NCBI GenBank assembly: GCA_027491395.1
Contig: JAOZFI010000018.1
Coordinates: forward strand, 1 to 34,457
DNA length: 34,457 bases
Direction: 5' to 3'
DNA from: Thermoproteota archaeon
GTDB lineage: Archaea > Korarchaeota > Korarchaeia > Korarchaeales > Korarchaeaceae
The notes beneath the pieces were generated by a model. It was not told where the DNA came from. It saw only the letters and a list, made by a program, of their open reading frames with translations, and searched no databases. Of this stretch, positions 18,521-27,792 are shown in pieces. The number at the start of each line of letters is the position of its first letter. Positions within the stretch are counted from its first letter, which is position 1. A program made the position numbers and the translations under genes.

Positions 18521-18957
18521 GGGTGGGCCGGGGTAAGTCACCAGCTTGAAGCTCCTTGAGGACCTGAGCTTACCCTCAAGCAATCGATCAGGGCCCCGGT
18601 CACAGGTCCTCATGGATCCGGAGAGCCTCTAAGTTTCCCTAGGAGCGCGATACTTGACATTGGAAGAGACGGATAATCATCAGAAGGCTAAAGACACTGA
18701 AACTCGGAAGGAAGGTCCTGCGGTTCCATAATCCGCTTGGGAGGAAAAAGAAATGCATCACGACATCGTGAAATGCCGCTAGTGAATGAGAGCGATCATC
18801 TCCGCTATTATACTCTCTTGATACACTCGCGGAGCCCTTAAATCGTTACCCACCCATCGATGGAATGGAAAAGCGTGCGGCGCAGTAAAAGAGCGCACCT
18901 GACTTGATGAAGGTTAAGGTATTTAGCTCCCTCCTCAGATAACTGAGGGTCAACGAG

Positions 18958-20730
18958 TTGAGATCGTGGTGGTTAGTTCTCCTAACCCTTCTACTCCTAC
19001 CTCTCTCTGCTGCAGGGGTTCGGGCGGAGCCTCCCGCCCCCTTCACTCCCTACCATGTCAAACCGCTGAACGGCATCCTCTACCCGAGGATCGGCCTACC
19101 GGCCCTCGTTATCAACGGGAGCGAGTTCGCGGTATGGGTCCATCCCGATCTGGGCGAACCCAGTGAGGTGTACCTGTCCTCGATCTTCACCGGCAGGATA
19201 CCCCTAGAGGTGACCGACAGGGGGAAGACCCCTCAGGGCTACTACGTCACAGTGAGGGGATCCGCACCCTCGGGTCTCTACAACCTGACGGTGGTGGCCG
19301 GCGGTAGGTCGTACACTGAACCCAATGCGGTGGCCTTCTTCGACTCCCACAGGGAGCTCAGGGTGGCCCACTGGACGGACACCCACTTCGGGGTCAGGGA
19401 CCTGCCAAAGCACTCCATGAACGAGCTGCTCTTCAGGACGGCAATAGGCACGTTCAACTCCATGGACATCGATCTGGTCCTCCATACCGGTGATGTGATA
19501 GATGCGATCGTCTCAAAGGATGAGGAGGAGCCGTTCAAGAGGGCCTATGAGGAGCTGGTCACCCTTAGGCATCCAATCATAATGTGCGAGGGGAACAACG
19601 ATTACACGGCGATAGAGAAGAAAGCGTATTACTGGGAGAAGTACTTCGCTCCCCTAGCAGGCTACACTTCGTTCGGGGATCTGACCTTCTTCGCAACCGA
19701 CTCAGACACGGGCAAGATATTCGGTGACCAGTTCGACTTCCTGAAGACCGCCAAGAGCAAGGCGGGGGTGGGCCTCATACACTACCCATTCGACGATAAG
19801 GACATAAGGCTGTGGCTGAAGGAGGGCAACGAGACTAAGATAGTCGACTACAACGACACCATCAAATACCTCTTGGACTTCTCCCACGAGCATGGAATTA
19901 GGCTCTGGCTCGTGGGCCACTGGCATAGCGATGGGGACTGGAAGTATGGGGATGTGGAGGTCCTACTCACTGACGCTGGCCAGTACGACCACGGAACTAG
20001 TTATGGTGGACCCGCTGAGGACTACGGTCATTACAGGCTCCTCACCCTAGCGCAGGACGGATCCTACAGGTACGAGTCAACCACGACGCTCTGGAAGCTG
20101 AATGTCACCTTCCTCAGGGTGCCTGACGCCTCCTCCGGAAGCATAGCGTTCACAGTGTCCGGCAAGTCCCCCGCTGAGTTGAAGGTACCCGTTATCCTAA
20201 GCAAGTTCAATCCGGAGCCGCAGGTCAGTGGCGCCCGGATAGTGGAGGCCAAAGAGATCGGGGGGCACGGTTACTACCTTCTCTCGGTGAAGGTCTCGCC
20301 AGACCAGAGGAAGCTCGTGATCCTCCAGGCAAAGCCCGATAAGGAACCCCCTGAACTCAGCGTGAAGATTAAGGAGAGTGGTGAGGAGATCATTCTATTT
20401 TACAGGGCCTACGATAGGGGTACCGGGGTGAAGGGGGTCAAGGCCTACACATCCACCGACAACAAGAGCTGGAATCCATTAAAGCCCGTGATAGAGACGG
20501 GCTGGCCCACCTTCAAGATGCCCGCCAACCAGAGCTTCTACTACAGGATCGAGGCGTACGATGCCGTCGGCAACAAAGCGGTGAAGTACGGTCAGTACGA
20601 GCCTAGAGTTACAGAGGGGCAGACCGAAGCCCCCGCGGGAGCTGTGGGTGATATCTGGATCTACGGAGTGGTTGTTCTGCTGTTGGTCATAATTCTGGCG
20701 TTGGGCGCCAAGAGATTGAGAAGGCCCTGA
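18958..20730 (+). CDS. Secreted, C-terminally membrane-anchored calcineurin-like metallophosphoesterase
   Basis: Signal peptide; DTH, GDVID, GNND, IHYP and GHWH motifs; Ig-like C-terminal part; TM helix with basic tail. Confidence 0.88.
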   Translation: MRSWWLVLLTLLLLPLSAAGVRAEPPAPFTPYHVKPLNGILYPRIGLPALVINGSEFAVWVHPDLGEPSEVYLSSIFTGRIPLEVTDRGKTPQGYYVTVRGSAPSGLYNLTVVAGGRSYTEPNAVAFFDSHRELRVAHWTDTHFGVRDLPKHSMNELLFRTAIGTFNSMDIDLVLHTGDVIDAIVSKDEEEPFKRAYEELVTLRHPIIMCEGNNDYTAIEKKAYYWEKYFAPLAGYTSFGDLTFFATDSDTGKIFGDQFDFLKTAKSKAGVGLIHYPFDDKDIRLWLKEGNETKIVDYNDTIKYLLDFSHEHGIRLWLVGHWHSDGDWKYGDVEVLLTDAGQYDHGTSYGGPAEDYGHYRLLTLAQDGSYRYESTTTLWKLNVTFLRVPDASSGSIAFTVSGKSPAELKVPVILSKFNPEPQVSGARIVEAKEIGGHGYYLLSVKVSPDQRKLVILQAKPDKEPPELSVKIKESGEEIILFYRAYDRGTGVKGVKAYTSTDNKSWNPLKPVIETGWPTFKMPANQSFYYRIEAYDAVGNKAVKYGQYEPRVTEGQTEAPAGAVGDIWIYGVVVLLLVIILALGAKRLRRP

Positions 20731-20759
20731 GCGCGGGCGCCAGATCCGGATACACTCAC

Positions 20760-20773
20760 ATTTTTCTTTCCTT
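20760..20773 (+). terminator. Oligo-T/pyrimidine tract (candidate archaeal terminator)
   Basis: ATTTTTCTTTCCTT, 30 nt after the stop codon. Confidence 0.35.
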
Positions 20774-20785
20774 CGCCTGCAGCAG

Positions 20786-21100
20786 TTGGGGGATTGCATG
20801 GAGGCGCTCAGCGATCCTAGGAGGAGCGGTGCTCTCCTCATGGCCTTGGGCATCGTCATGATCTCCATAGTCTTCGTGTTCTCCCTCATGGAGTACACCA
20901 AGGTCAGGGTGCGCGTGGCCGGTGAGAACATAATGGACGCGCTCACCAAGAGCAGCGGACTCCTCATCGAGCTCCTGTTCAAGGTAGCCTTCTTGGGAAT
21001 AGCACTGGCTGCTGGGGGCACTCTGGTGAGGCATGCGGTCTCCCTAATCAGGGAGGAGAGGATAAGGAGGAGCGCGCGCAAAGAGGGAGAGGAGATTTGA
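20786..21100 (+). CDS. Hypothetical 2-TM membrane protein
   Basis: Two hydrophobic helices; TTGA overlap with the next gene; start may be ATG at 20798. Confidence 0.7.
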   Translation: MGDCMEALSDPRRSGALLMALGIVMISIVFVFSLMEYTKVRVRVAGENIMDALTKSSGLLIELLFKVAFLGIALAAGGTLVRHAVSLIREERIRRSARKEGEEI

Positions 21101-21483
21101 GGGGCCTTCAGGCCGCCATCACCGTAGTGGGCCTGCTCTTCCTGCTGGGAGTTAGCTATCCCCTTGTGACCTTCGTTGTCGATCTGATGAACTCCACTTC
21201 GGGCGTCTACCTGAGGCGGGAGGGACAGAGTATACTAGTGGACTTCGACTACCGTGGGAGGGTGAAGCTGAGGAATGTACGACTGGAGATCACCCTGATA
21301 GGTTCAAAACAGGTGTCCAGAGAGGCCATGGCCGATGAGATGGCGAAGGGGAGCCACTTGACCATCAGGCTGCCGGTGAGTGAGCTACCCTCCCATCTGA
21401 AGAGGATCAGGATGAAGCTGTATGCCGAGATAGGAGGCATCTTCCCTCTGTCCATCAGCAGGGAGGTGGAGGTGGGATCTTGA
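21097..21483 (+). CDS. Hypothetical protein with an N-terminal TM helix and a beta-rich (Ig/LEA-like) domain
   Basis: TM helix followed by alternating beta strands; 4-nt overlaps on both sides. Confidence 0.7.
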   Translation: MRGLQAAITVVGLLFLLGVSYPLVTFVVDLMNSTSGVYLRREGQSILVDFDYRGRVKLRNVRLEITLIGSKQVSREAMADEMAKGSHLTIRLPVSELPSHLKRIRMKLYAEIGGIFPLSISREVEVGS

Positions 21484-21917
21484 GCTGGAAGGAGAGGCTT
21501 ACGGATGTGCTGGCTGAAGGAATTCTATGGGGGGTGTACTACTGGCTCCTCTTCGCTGTAATCATTCCCCTCTTGGTGAACAGGCTGCTGGGAGGGATAG
21601 TGAGCGAGGTGATCGTTCCAGAGACAGGAGAGCTTACTGGTCTCATATTCCTGTTCATGGGCCTCTCGTTGGCAGCGACCGCCTTGAGGGGGACCATATA
21701 CTCACCGTTGATCGGGGCGCTCGAGTCCATACTGGGCTTCGCAGTGGTGGTCTACTTCTTGGATGGTGGCGTCGTCAGCGTGAGCCTCGATTACGGTGGA
21801 CCCATCTCCGTCACACTCGACCTCTCTCCCATCCTTATGGAGGTCTTCCTGTTCTTCACCCTGCCGGGCGTGGTGCTGCCTTTCGTGGAGTACTTCATCA
21901 AGAGGTCAGGTGGATGA
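21480..21917 (+). CDS. Hypothetical 4-TM membrane protein
   Basis: Hydrophobic segments; GGAGGTG RBS; TTGA overlap. Confidence 0.7.
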   Translation: MSWKERLTDVLAEGILWGVYYWLLFAVIIPLLVNRLLGGIVSEVIVPETGELTGLIFLFMGLSLAATALRGTIYSPLIGALESILGFAVVVYFLDGGVVSVSLDYGGPISVTLDLSPILMEVFLFFTLPGVVLPFVEYFIKRSGG

Positions 21918-21949
21918 CTTGATTTTATCGGGTTGATCAGTCGTGTAGA

Positions 21950-22588
21950 TCATGAAGGCTCCCTAGAAAGCCTGTCTACCTTCTCCATCCTCCCCACTGA
22001 TGCCTTCTCGTGTACTATGGCTTCTTCCACATACCTCAGGGCCTCGACCTCCGCGCCACTATCCACATGCACCTCGACCCCCTCGACCGTCCTAGCCTCC
22101 GCGCCTCTCCCGATGTAGACCTCCTCCCCGATCACATCCTGGACCTCAGCGTCCTTGCCGATCCTGACCTCCCTGCCCACTATAAGTCCCCTCACCTTGG
22201 ATCTCTTGCCCACCTCGACCTCATTTCCCGCTATCTCCTCAGCCTTGGCTGAGCCGTGAACCTTCACCTCTTCCCCAGTGATCCTCTTTGCCCTAACGCT
22301 ACCGGCGATCTCCACGTCTCCCCCTCTAATCTCCCCGTCCGACTCCAGACTACCTGCGATCTCAAGCTCTGATGCCTCTATACTGCCCGAGACCTTCATG
22401 CTTCCTGCTACCTTGATCTCCTCAGCCCTGACACTTCCCATTACCGTGCTGGAGCCACTTACCCTCATTTCATCACCTTCAGCGTCACCCTCGATCTTCA
22501 AGGATCCGCTCACCCTCACAACTCCGAATTTCACCGGTCCCTTGAGGCTGACGGATCCGCCAACGGCGAGCTCGTCTATCTCCTGCAT
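21950..22588 (-). CDS. Bactofilin-like (polymer-forming cytoskeletal) beta-helix protein
   Basis: About 17-aa repeats: VRVSGSLKIEG, MRVSGSSTVMG, IKVAGSMKVSG, LEIAGSLESDG; GGTGG RBS. Confidence 0.75.
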   Translation of the reverse strand: MQEIDELAVGGSVSLKGPVKFGVVRVSGSLKIEGDAEGDEMRVSGSSTVMGSVRAEEIKVAGSMKVSGSIEASELEIAGSLESDGEIRGGDVEIAGSVRAKRITGEEVKVHGSAKAEEIAGNEVEVGKRSKVRGLIVGREVRIGKDAEVQDVIGEEVYIGRGAEARTVEGVEVHVDSGAEVEALRYVEEAIVHEKASVGRMEKVDRLSREPS

Positions 22589-22946
22589 GTACCCACCTCT
22601 AGAACTCTCGACCCCTGCCTTTTATTCTAACTCACAATTTGTTAGTTTTGAGAACTTGGGATAGGTTACGCAGCCCCAATTTAGGCACCTGTGCGGGCAA
22701 CATAGGATCCGGCCGTCTCAATGCCTGTTTCCGGGAGGCGTTGGGTCTCACTTTAGATCCGGCTGTCCTGTGGCCGTCAGCCAGTTCCTTAAAGCGGTTC
22801 CCTCGCGCTCGAAAGATTCGATTGAGGCCGCTCCTGTGAGATTCATCCAGCTACCAAGAATCCCAGAGAGGGCTGACCGGGCCCATACCCGCAAGTGACC
22901 TCCTCCCAACGCAGGCAGCCAATCTTTTATTCCGGGCATCTCAGCC

Positions 22947-23210
22947 TTGATTGTGTACAGGAACAGATGCAGGCACGATATAGTGAGATCCGTGCTAGAG
23001 GCTTGCAGAGAGGAGTTGGGGATAACTGAGGTATGCAGGAGGGCTGGCCTTCCCGTAGACAGGGGCAGGAGGATGGTGAACCTGCTTCTCAGGTACGGGT
23101 TGCTGGTGGAACTGCAAAAGGGGAGGAGAAGAAGGTACAGGATAACTCCTAGGGGATACGAGTGGCTGGGCACATACGAGAGGCTGGAAGAGGTGCTTCC
23201 CCCAGTTTGA
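22947..23210 (+). CDS. Small archaeal winged-helix protein
   Basis: R.RHDIVRSVLEAC...ITEVCRRAGL...LLRYGLL...YRITPRGYEWL. Confidence 0.85.
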   Translation: MIVYRNRCRHDIVRSVLEACREELGITEVCRRAGLPVDRGRRMVNLLLRYGLLVELQKGRRRRYRITPRGYEWLGTYERLEEVLPPV

Positions 23211-23341
23211 GGAGGTCTCGGGAGCCCCACTATGCTAGGGGGTTGCTGAGTTAGCCTGAATCTGGCAGGTCCATTACAATCCAAGTAGTCCTACCTGAGT
23301 GTAGGTCTAACCCCTTATTATAGTCGAACTTCTTAGCAGGG

Positions 23342-23566
23342 ATGAACATGAGATCTGTTCTGAAGGTTAGGAAGAAGGGGGTCATCATCCTGCCTAAGAG
23401 AACGAGGGGGATAGCTGGCATCGGGTAGGGAGATGAGGTAATCTCTGAAGTGGATGAGGGTCTTATCATACTGAGGCCTCTTAAGTCCAAAGTGGTGGAT
23501 GTCGATCCGGAGATCGTAGAGGAGTTGCTCAGAGAGGAGTACGCCCTAGAGGGTGAGAAATACTAA
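23342..23566 (+). pseudogene. AbrB/MazE-type antitoxin with an internal stop
   Basis: VLKVRKKGVIILPKRTRGIAGIG*GDEVISEVDEGLIILRP; in-frame TAG at 23426-23428. Confidence 0.85.
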
Positions 23567-23588
23567 AGCATCTCTAAGGGCTAGGTCC

Positions 23589-24029
23589 GTGAGAATAGTT
23601 TTGGATACCGGTGTCTTGGTCGAGTACATCGTAAAAAGGGCTCCTTACAGGCACAAGGTCGTGGAGGTCTTCAGGAATGCGGATGAGGGAGATGTTAGGC
23701 TGTTTATGAGCCCAATTACATTGAGCGAGGCATTGTACGTAGTTTCAAGGATCTACCGAGATTTCATCCATCTCTAATCCCGATGAAGAAGCACTAAAAT
23801 ACGTTGAATGGTTGAAGGTAAGGGTATCCAGGTGAATATCACTGAGGAAATCGAGAAGAGGGCCGGTGAGCTGAAAAAGGAACTGCATTTAGCCCTGCCG
23901 GAATGTTACGTCATAGCCACCGCGGAGCTCATAAAGGGATCACCGCTGTTCAGAAGGGTTGAGAAGGAGATGGAACCGGTACTCGACAAGTTGGAAGAGC
24001 TGGGAGTCTTGTTCTTGGATTCCATCTAA
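23589..24029 (+). pseudogene. vapC: VapC PIN toxin, frameshifted
   Basis: RIVLDTGVLVEY, PITLSEALY, then ALPECYVIATA...PLFRRVEKEM in another frame; shifts near 23770 and 23825. Confidence 0.85.
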
Positions 24030-24098
24030 TAATCGCGCGTGGATCTCTCAGGGCATGAGGAGGTGCGTTGATGAACGAGATGAGGTTGCGCTTGGGAG

Positions 24099-24761
24099 GT
24101 GCTCGTCCTGAATGTGAAGCGGGATGTCATGAGGGTGTATAACGAGATAGCAGAGGGGTTCGATCACACCCGGGGGAGGCCCTGGCCTGAGGTGGACCTA
24201 GTTGACAGGGATCCCGTCCTGGACTTGGGGTGTGGTAACGGGAGGCATGCTAGCTATCTAGAGAGTAAGGGATACCGAGTCGTTTGCGCCGACATTTCTT
24301 GGGGCATGCTCATGGTGGCCAAGAAGAGGGTCAGGGATCTTGTGCAGTGCGATGCCTCCGCACTCCCCTTCCGCGACTCCTCCTTCGGCACGGTCCTCTT
24401 CCTAGCAACGATACATCACCTGCCTAAGGAGGACCGCCTGCGTTCTCTAGAGGAGATCAGGAGGGTTCTGAAGCCGGGAGGGAGGCTAATAGTCTCAGCT
24501 TGGGCCCTCTTCCAGCCCCGTTTCTTCGGGAAGATACCTTGGATGCTGCTCAATCCCTTGAGGGGAAGGGAGTTCGGGGATCTGACCGTCCCCTGGCACA
24601 AGAAGGGCAGGGTCTACCAGCGCTATTACCACCTCTTCACCAGAAGTGAACTGGAGTCATTGGTGGAGGAGGCCGGTCTGAAGACAGTCCGCTCCTACGG
24701 AAGGAGCTTTAAATATCGCTGGTTCGCTGAGAATCACGTAGTAGTGGCGGAGAAGGTCTGA
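24099..24761 (+). CDS. trm9: Trm9/ALKBH8-like tRNA cm5U34 methyltransferase
   Basis: VYNEIAEGFDHTRGRPWPEV, VLDLGCGNGRH, LATIHHL, VPW...VYQRYYHLF; one nucleotide separates it from elp3. Confidence 0.8.
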   Translation: MLVLNVKRDVMRVYNEIAEGFDHTRGRPWPEVDLVDRDPVLDLGCGNGRHASYLESKGYRVVCADISWGMLMVAKKRVRDLVQCDASALPFRDSSFGTVLFLATIHHLPKEDRLRSLEEIRRVLKPGGRLIVSAWALFQPRFFGKIPWMLLNPLRGREFGDLTVPWHKKGRVYQRYYHLFTRSELESLVEEAGLKTVRSYGRSFKYRWFAENHVVVAEKV

Positions 24762-24762
24762 G

Positions 24763-26196
24763 ATGGCCGTGGAGGGATTGAAGCTAAGGCCCGTCAGGAG
24801 GGCTAGGGTGGCCTCAGGGGTAGCTATTGTGCCGGTTATGGCTAGACCGTACCCTTGCCCTCACGGCAGGTGCATCTACTGCCCTGGAGGCGGGCAGACA
24901 CCTCAGAGTTATGTTGACAGGAGTCCCACCGTGATGAGGGCAGCCAAGGTGAACTACGACCCCTTCAAACAGGTCTGGGTGAGGCTCCAGCAGCACCTCA
25001 TGGCCGGCTTCTTCCCCTCAAAGGTGGAGATGATCCTGATGGGCGGCACCTTCACGGCCATGCCCTTCCCTTACCAAGAGTGGTTCGTGAGGAGAGCTTT
25101 CGATGCCCTCAACTCCTTTCCCGGCGATGAGATCAGATCTGGTAGCCTGCTGGAGGCCCATGCCTTGAATGAGTCAGCTAAAGCGAGGTGCGTGGCCCTC
25201 ACCATCGAGACAAGGCCGGACTGGGCTAAGGAGGAGCATGTCGACAGGATGCTCTACCTAGGCGCTACTAGGGTGGAAATAGGGGTACAGAGCCCCTTCG
25301 ATGATGTGCTGGAGAGGGTGAGGAGGGGGCATACCGTCCATGACGTCATAGAATCTACCCGCATTCTAAAGGATGCAGGCTACAAGGTCTGCTATCACCT
25401 CATGCCCGGGCTTCCGGGGAGCGATCTGGACAGGGATATCGAGGCTTTCAGGCTCATATTCGAGGATCCAGACTTCAGGCCCGACATGCTGAAGATATAT
25501 CCCACGCTCGTCCTACCCGGCACCCCTCTCTACGAGATGTGGAGGAGAGGGGAGTACAGGGGACTTACCGAGGAGGAGGCGCTGGAATACCTGATTAAGG
25601 TTTACCGGCTCCTTCCCAGATGGGTGAGGATTCAGCACGTTCAGAGGGACATACCGGAGGAGTACATAGCGGCCGGACCAAGGAGGAGGAACCTCAGGCA
25701 GATGGTGGAGCGCTACTTCTTGGAGAGGGGAGAGAGGATAAATGAAATAAGATATAGAGAGGTGGGCCACGCTCTAGCTAGGGGAGTCGAGCCGAATTAC
25801 GACTCAATCAGGCTGGAACGCATAGACTACGAGGCTAGCAGCGGTTACGAGGTGTTCCTATCCTTGGTGGATGACAACGACGTGTTGATGGGGGTGCTCA
25901 GATTGAGGAAGCCCTCGGTCCTAGCACATCGTTGGGAGGTGGATGAGAGGACGGCCATAGTGAGGGAGATCCACGTTTACGGCCCTTTGGTTCCGGTGGG
26001 AGAGCCTCCCGGAGACAGGGCCCAGCACAGGGGGTTTGGGAGGTGGCTCATGTCGGAGGCCGAGAGGATAGCAGTGGAGGAGCTGGATGCGAGGAGGATG
26101 CTGGTCATATCCGGTGTGGGGGCGAGGAACTACTTCAGGAAGCTGGGATATGAGCTTATCGGGGGCTCCTTCTACGTGGCAAAGGAACTCTCCTGA
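24763..26196 (+). CDS. elp3: Elp3 tRNA U34 carboxymethyltransferase (radical SAM plus KAT domain)
   Basis: SGVA, CPHGRCIYCPGG, PQSY, MGGTF, ETRPD, HLMPGLPG, KIYPTLV, REIHVYG, QHRGFG, ISGVGARNYFRKLGY. Confidence 0.97.
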   Translation: MAVEGLKLRPVRRARVASGVAIVPVMARPYPCPHGRCIYCPGGGQTPQSYVDRSPTVMRAAKVNYDPFKQVWVRLQQHLMAGFFPSKVEMILMGGTFTAMPFPYQEWFVRRAFDALNSFPGDEIRSGSLLEAHALNESAKARCVALTIETRPDWAKEEHVDRMLYLGATRVEIGVQSPFDDVLERVRRGHTVHDVIESTRILKDAGYKVCYHLMPGLPGSDLDRDIEAFRLIFEDPDFRPDMLKIYPTLVLPGTPLYEMWRRGEYRGLTEEEALEYLIKVYRLLPRWVRIQHVQRDIPEEYIAAGPRRRNLRQMVERYFLERGERINEIRYREVGHALARGVEPNYDSIRLERIDYEASSGYEVFLSLVDDNDVLMGVLRLRKPSVLAHRWEVDERTAIVREIHVYGPLVPVGEPPGDRAQHRGFGRWLMSEAERIAVEELDARRMLVISGVGARNYFRKLGYELIGGSFYVAKELS

Positions 26197-26208
26197 TCTG
26201 AATATTTT

Positions 26209-26226
26209 ATATTCTCATGGGAATAT
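26209..26226. promoter_or_regulatory. Palindrome between a TATA-like tract and the start of the ATPase gene
   Basis: ATATTC-TCATGG-GAATAT, overlapping TTTTATA at 26205-26211. Confidence 0.45.
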
Positions 26227-26229
26227 TAG

Positions 26230-27474
26230 TTGGTAATAGATAGGTGGGAAGGTGATGAGATAAAGAGGAGGAAGGGATGGCTCCTTCTCTATGGCAGGAG
26301 GAAGGTAGGTAAACCCTTTCTGCTACGTCGTCTCACGAAATAGGATGCTTACGTGACGATCACAAGATCAAGAGCTGCGCTCGTGGAGGGGGAACTGAGG
26401 CCCATCGAGGAAGCGATCCGTCTCGTCGTGGAGACCCTATACTCTGGTGGAAAGGCCGTGATAGACGAGTTTCAGAGGCTCGATGACTCGTATTGGGAGA
26501 GACTAGCCGAGATACACCCGAGTGGGAGGCTCTACCTAGCGAGATCAAGCTCAGGGATAGTGAGGAAGGTGTTCAACAGGAGGAGCCCTCTTCTGGGGCT
26601 TGTCGAACCCTTAAGACTCGACATAATCTCTTACTCGGACATGCTGGCGAATCTCAGGCCGAAGGATAGGGAGGGCTTCGTGTGGGCCGCTCTCATGAGG
26701 GATCCATGGGTGATACCGCTCACGAGCCATGAGGACCCGGTTAGCTTCTTCGTGGATAGATCATTCGGGCTCTTCATGTCGGCTCAAGGACTCGTGGGGG
26801 AAGTCTTCAGCGAGGAGGAGAGGATGCTCACATCCCTCTACGACTCGATCCTCCTTCTAATGGGAGAGGGGGTCTGGAGCGCCAAGGAGATGGCGGGAAT
26901 CCTCAGCTCTAGAGGGCTGCTGTCTGGAGGAACGGCTGCAGTTACCGGAATCCTATCGAGACTTGAATCCATGGGATTAGCGATGAAGATACCTCTGTGG
27001 AAGAGTGGAAGGGCCAGGTACCTTTACCGGCACAGATCTCCCCTGCTATCAGTCCTCTACTACATGGAGGCCAAGTTCGGGGTGAGCGACGGTTACCAGC
27101 CTGAGGAGGGTGCGATTAAGAGCATTTTGGGCAGGGAGATCCAGCTGTCGGTGGGGGAGATGCTGGCCAGGCGGGAAGGGGCGAGGCTAGCCTACCATGT
27201 GTCGCCCGAGAGCGATGTGGATGCAGTTCTCCTGAGGAGGAAGAGGGTTATGGCTGGATATGAGATCAAGCTGGGACCAATAACTGAGAAAGAAGCCGAG
27301 AAATCGGTGATGAGGATGAGGGAACTTGGTGTACCCTACGCAGGCCTCGTCAGCTTGACTGAGAGGCCGCCTGAAGTAGGAGACGAGTCTCTAGGCCCGG
27401 ATGATCTCGTTTCCCTAGCTGAAAGGATCAGATTTGCCCCCAGAGATGGGGACCCTCTCAGCCCTCACCCTTAG
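26230..27474 (+). pseudogene. Archaeal ATPase (P-loop, wHTH and PD-(D/E)XK-like C-terminus), disrupted
   Basis: Walker A LLYGRRKVGKP lies upstream of an in-frame TAG at 26341-26343; Walker B VIDEFQRL; DVDAV...YEIK. Confidence 0.82.
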
Positions 27475-27792
27475 GTTCTCCAAGTAGAATCTAGCTCCGT
27501 CCCTGTCCACTATGTGCAGCTAGAAAGGAGACCTAGTTTCCAAGCCAGCTCCCCTCAATATCCTCTCCTTGAGATCCTCGTATTCCTCAAAGTCTTTAGG
27601 GGCTCTCTCGCACACAATGAGCAGGTCAACGTCGGAAGAGGCGGTGAGCCTTCCCTCCACAGCGCTACCGAACACATATACCTCCACATCACCCAAGAGG
27701 CTCCTAGCTGATTGGGCGATCTCTCTCACGTGCTCCCTCCATCTCTTTACCATTTCAGCTCTCTCTATCCTTTTCCTCACATAGGCCCGCAA
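27440..27792 (-). pseudogene. Minimal nucleotidyltransferase (MNT), prematurely stopped; 3' end approximate
   Basis: VYVFGSAVEG...SSDVDLLIV; SPF*LHIVD with TAG at 27520-27522 where Glu is expected. Confidence 0.82.

Noticed and set aside
18491-18613. N-terminal extension of vapB in the ORF track (and likewise ogt 1235-1312)
   Set aside because: The family starts at the internal ATG; the vapB extension runs through its TATA box and operator.
23426-27522. Three in-frame TAG codons (23426, 26341, 27520) suggesting pyrrolysine or amber recoding
   Set aside because: In-frame TAA codons (12856, 27941) and frameshifts affect the same kind of genes. TAG ends normal genes (2037, 30287, 34332). Each TAG is one change away from an expected GAG or TGG, and no pyl genes are in the window.
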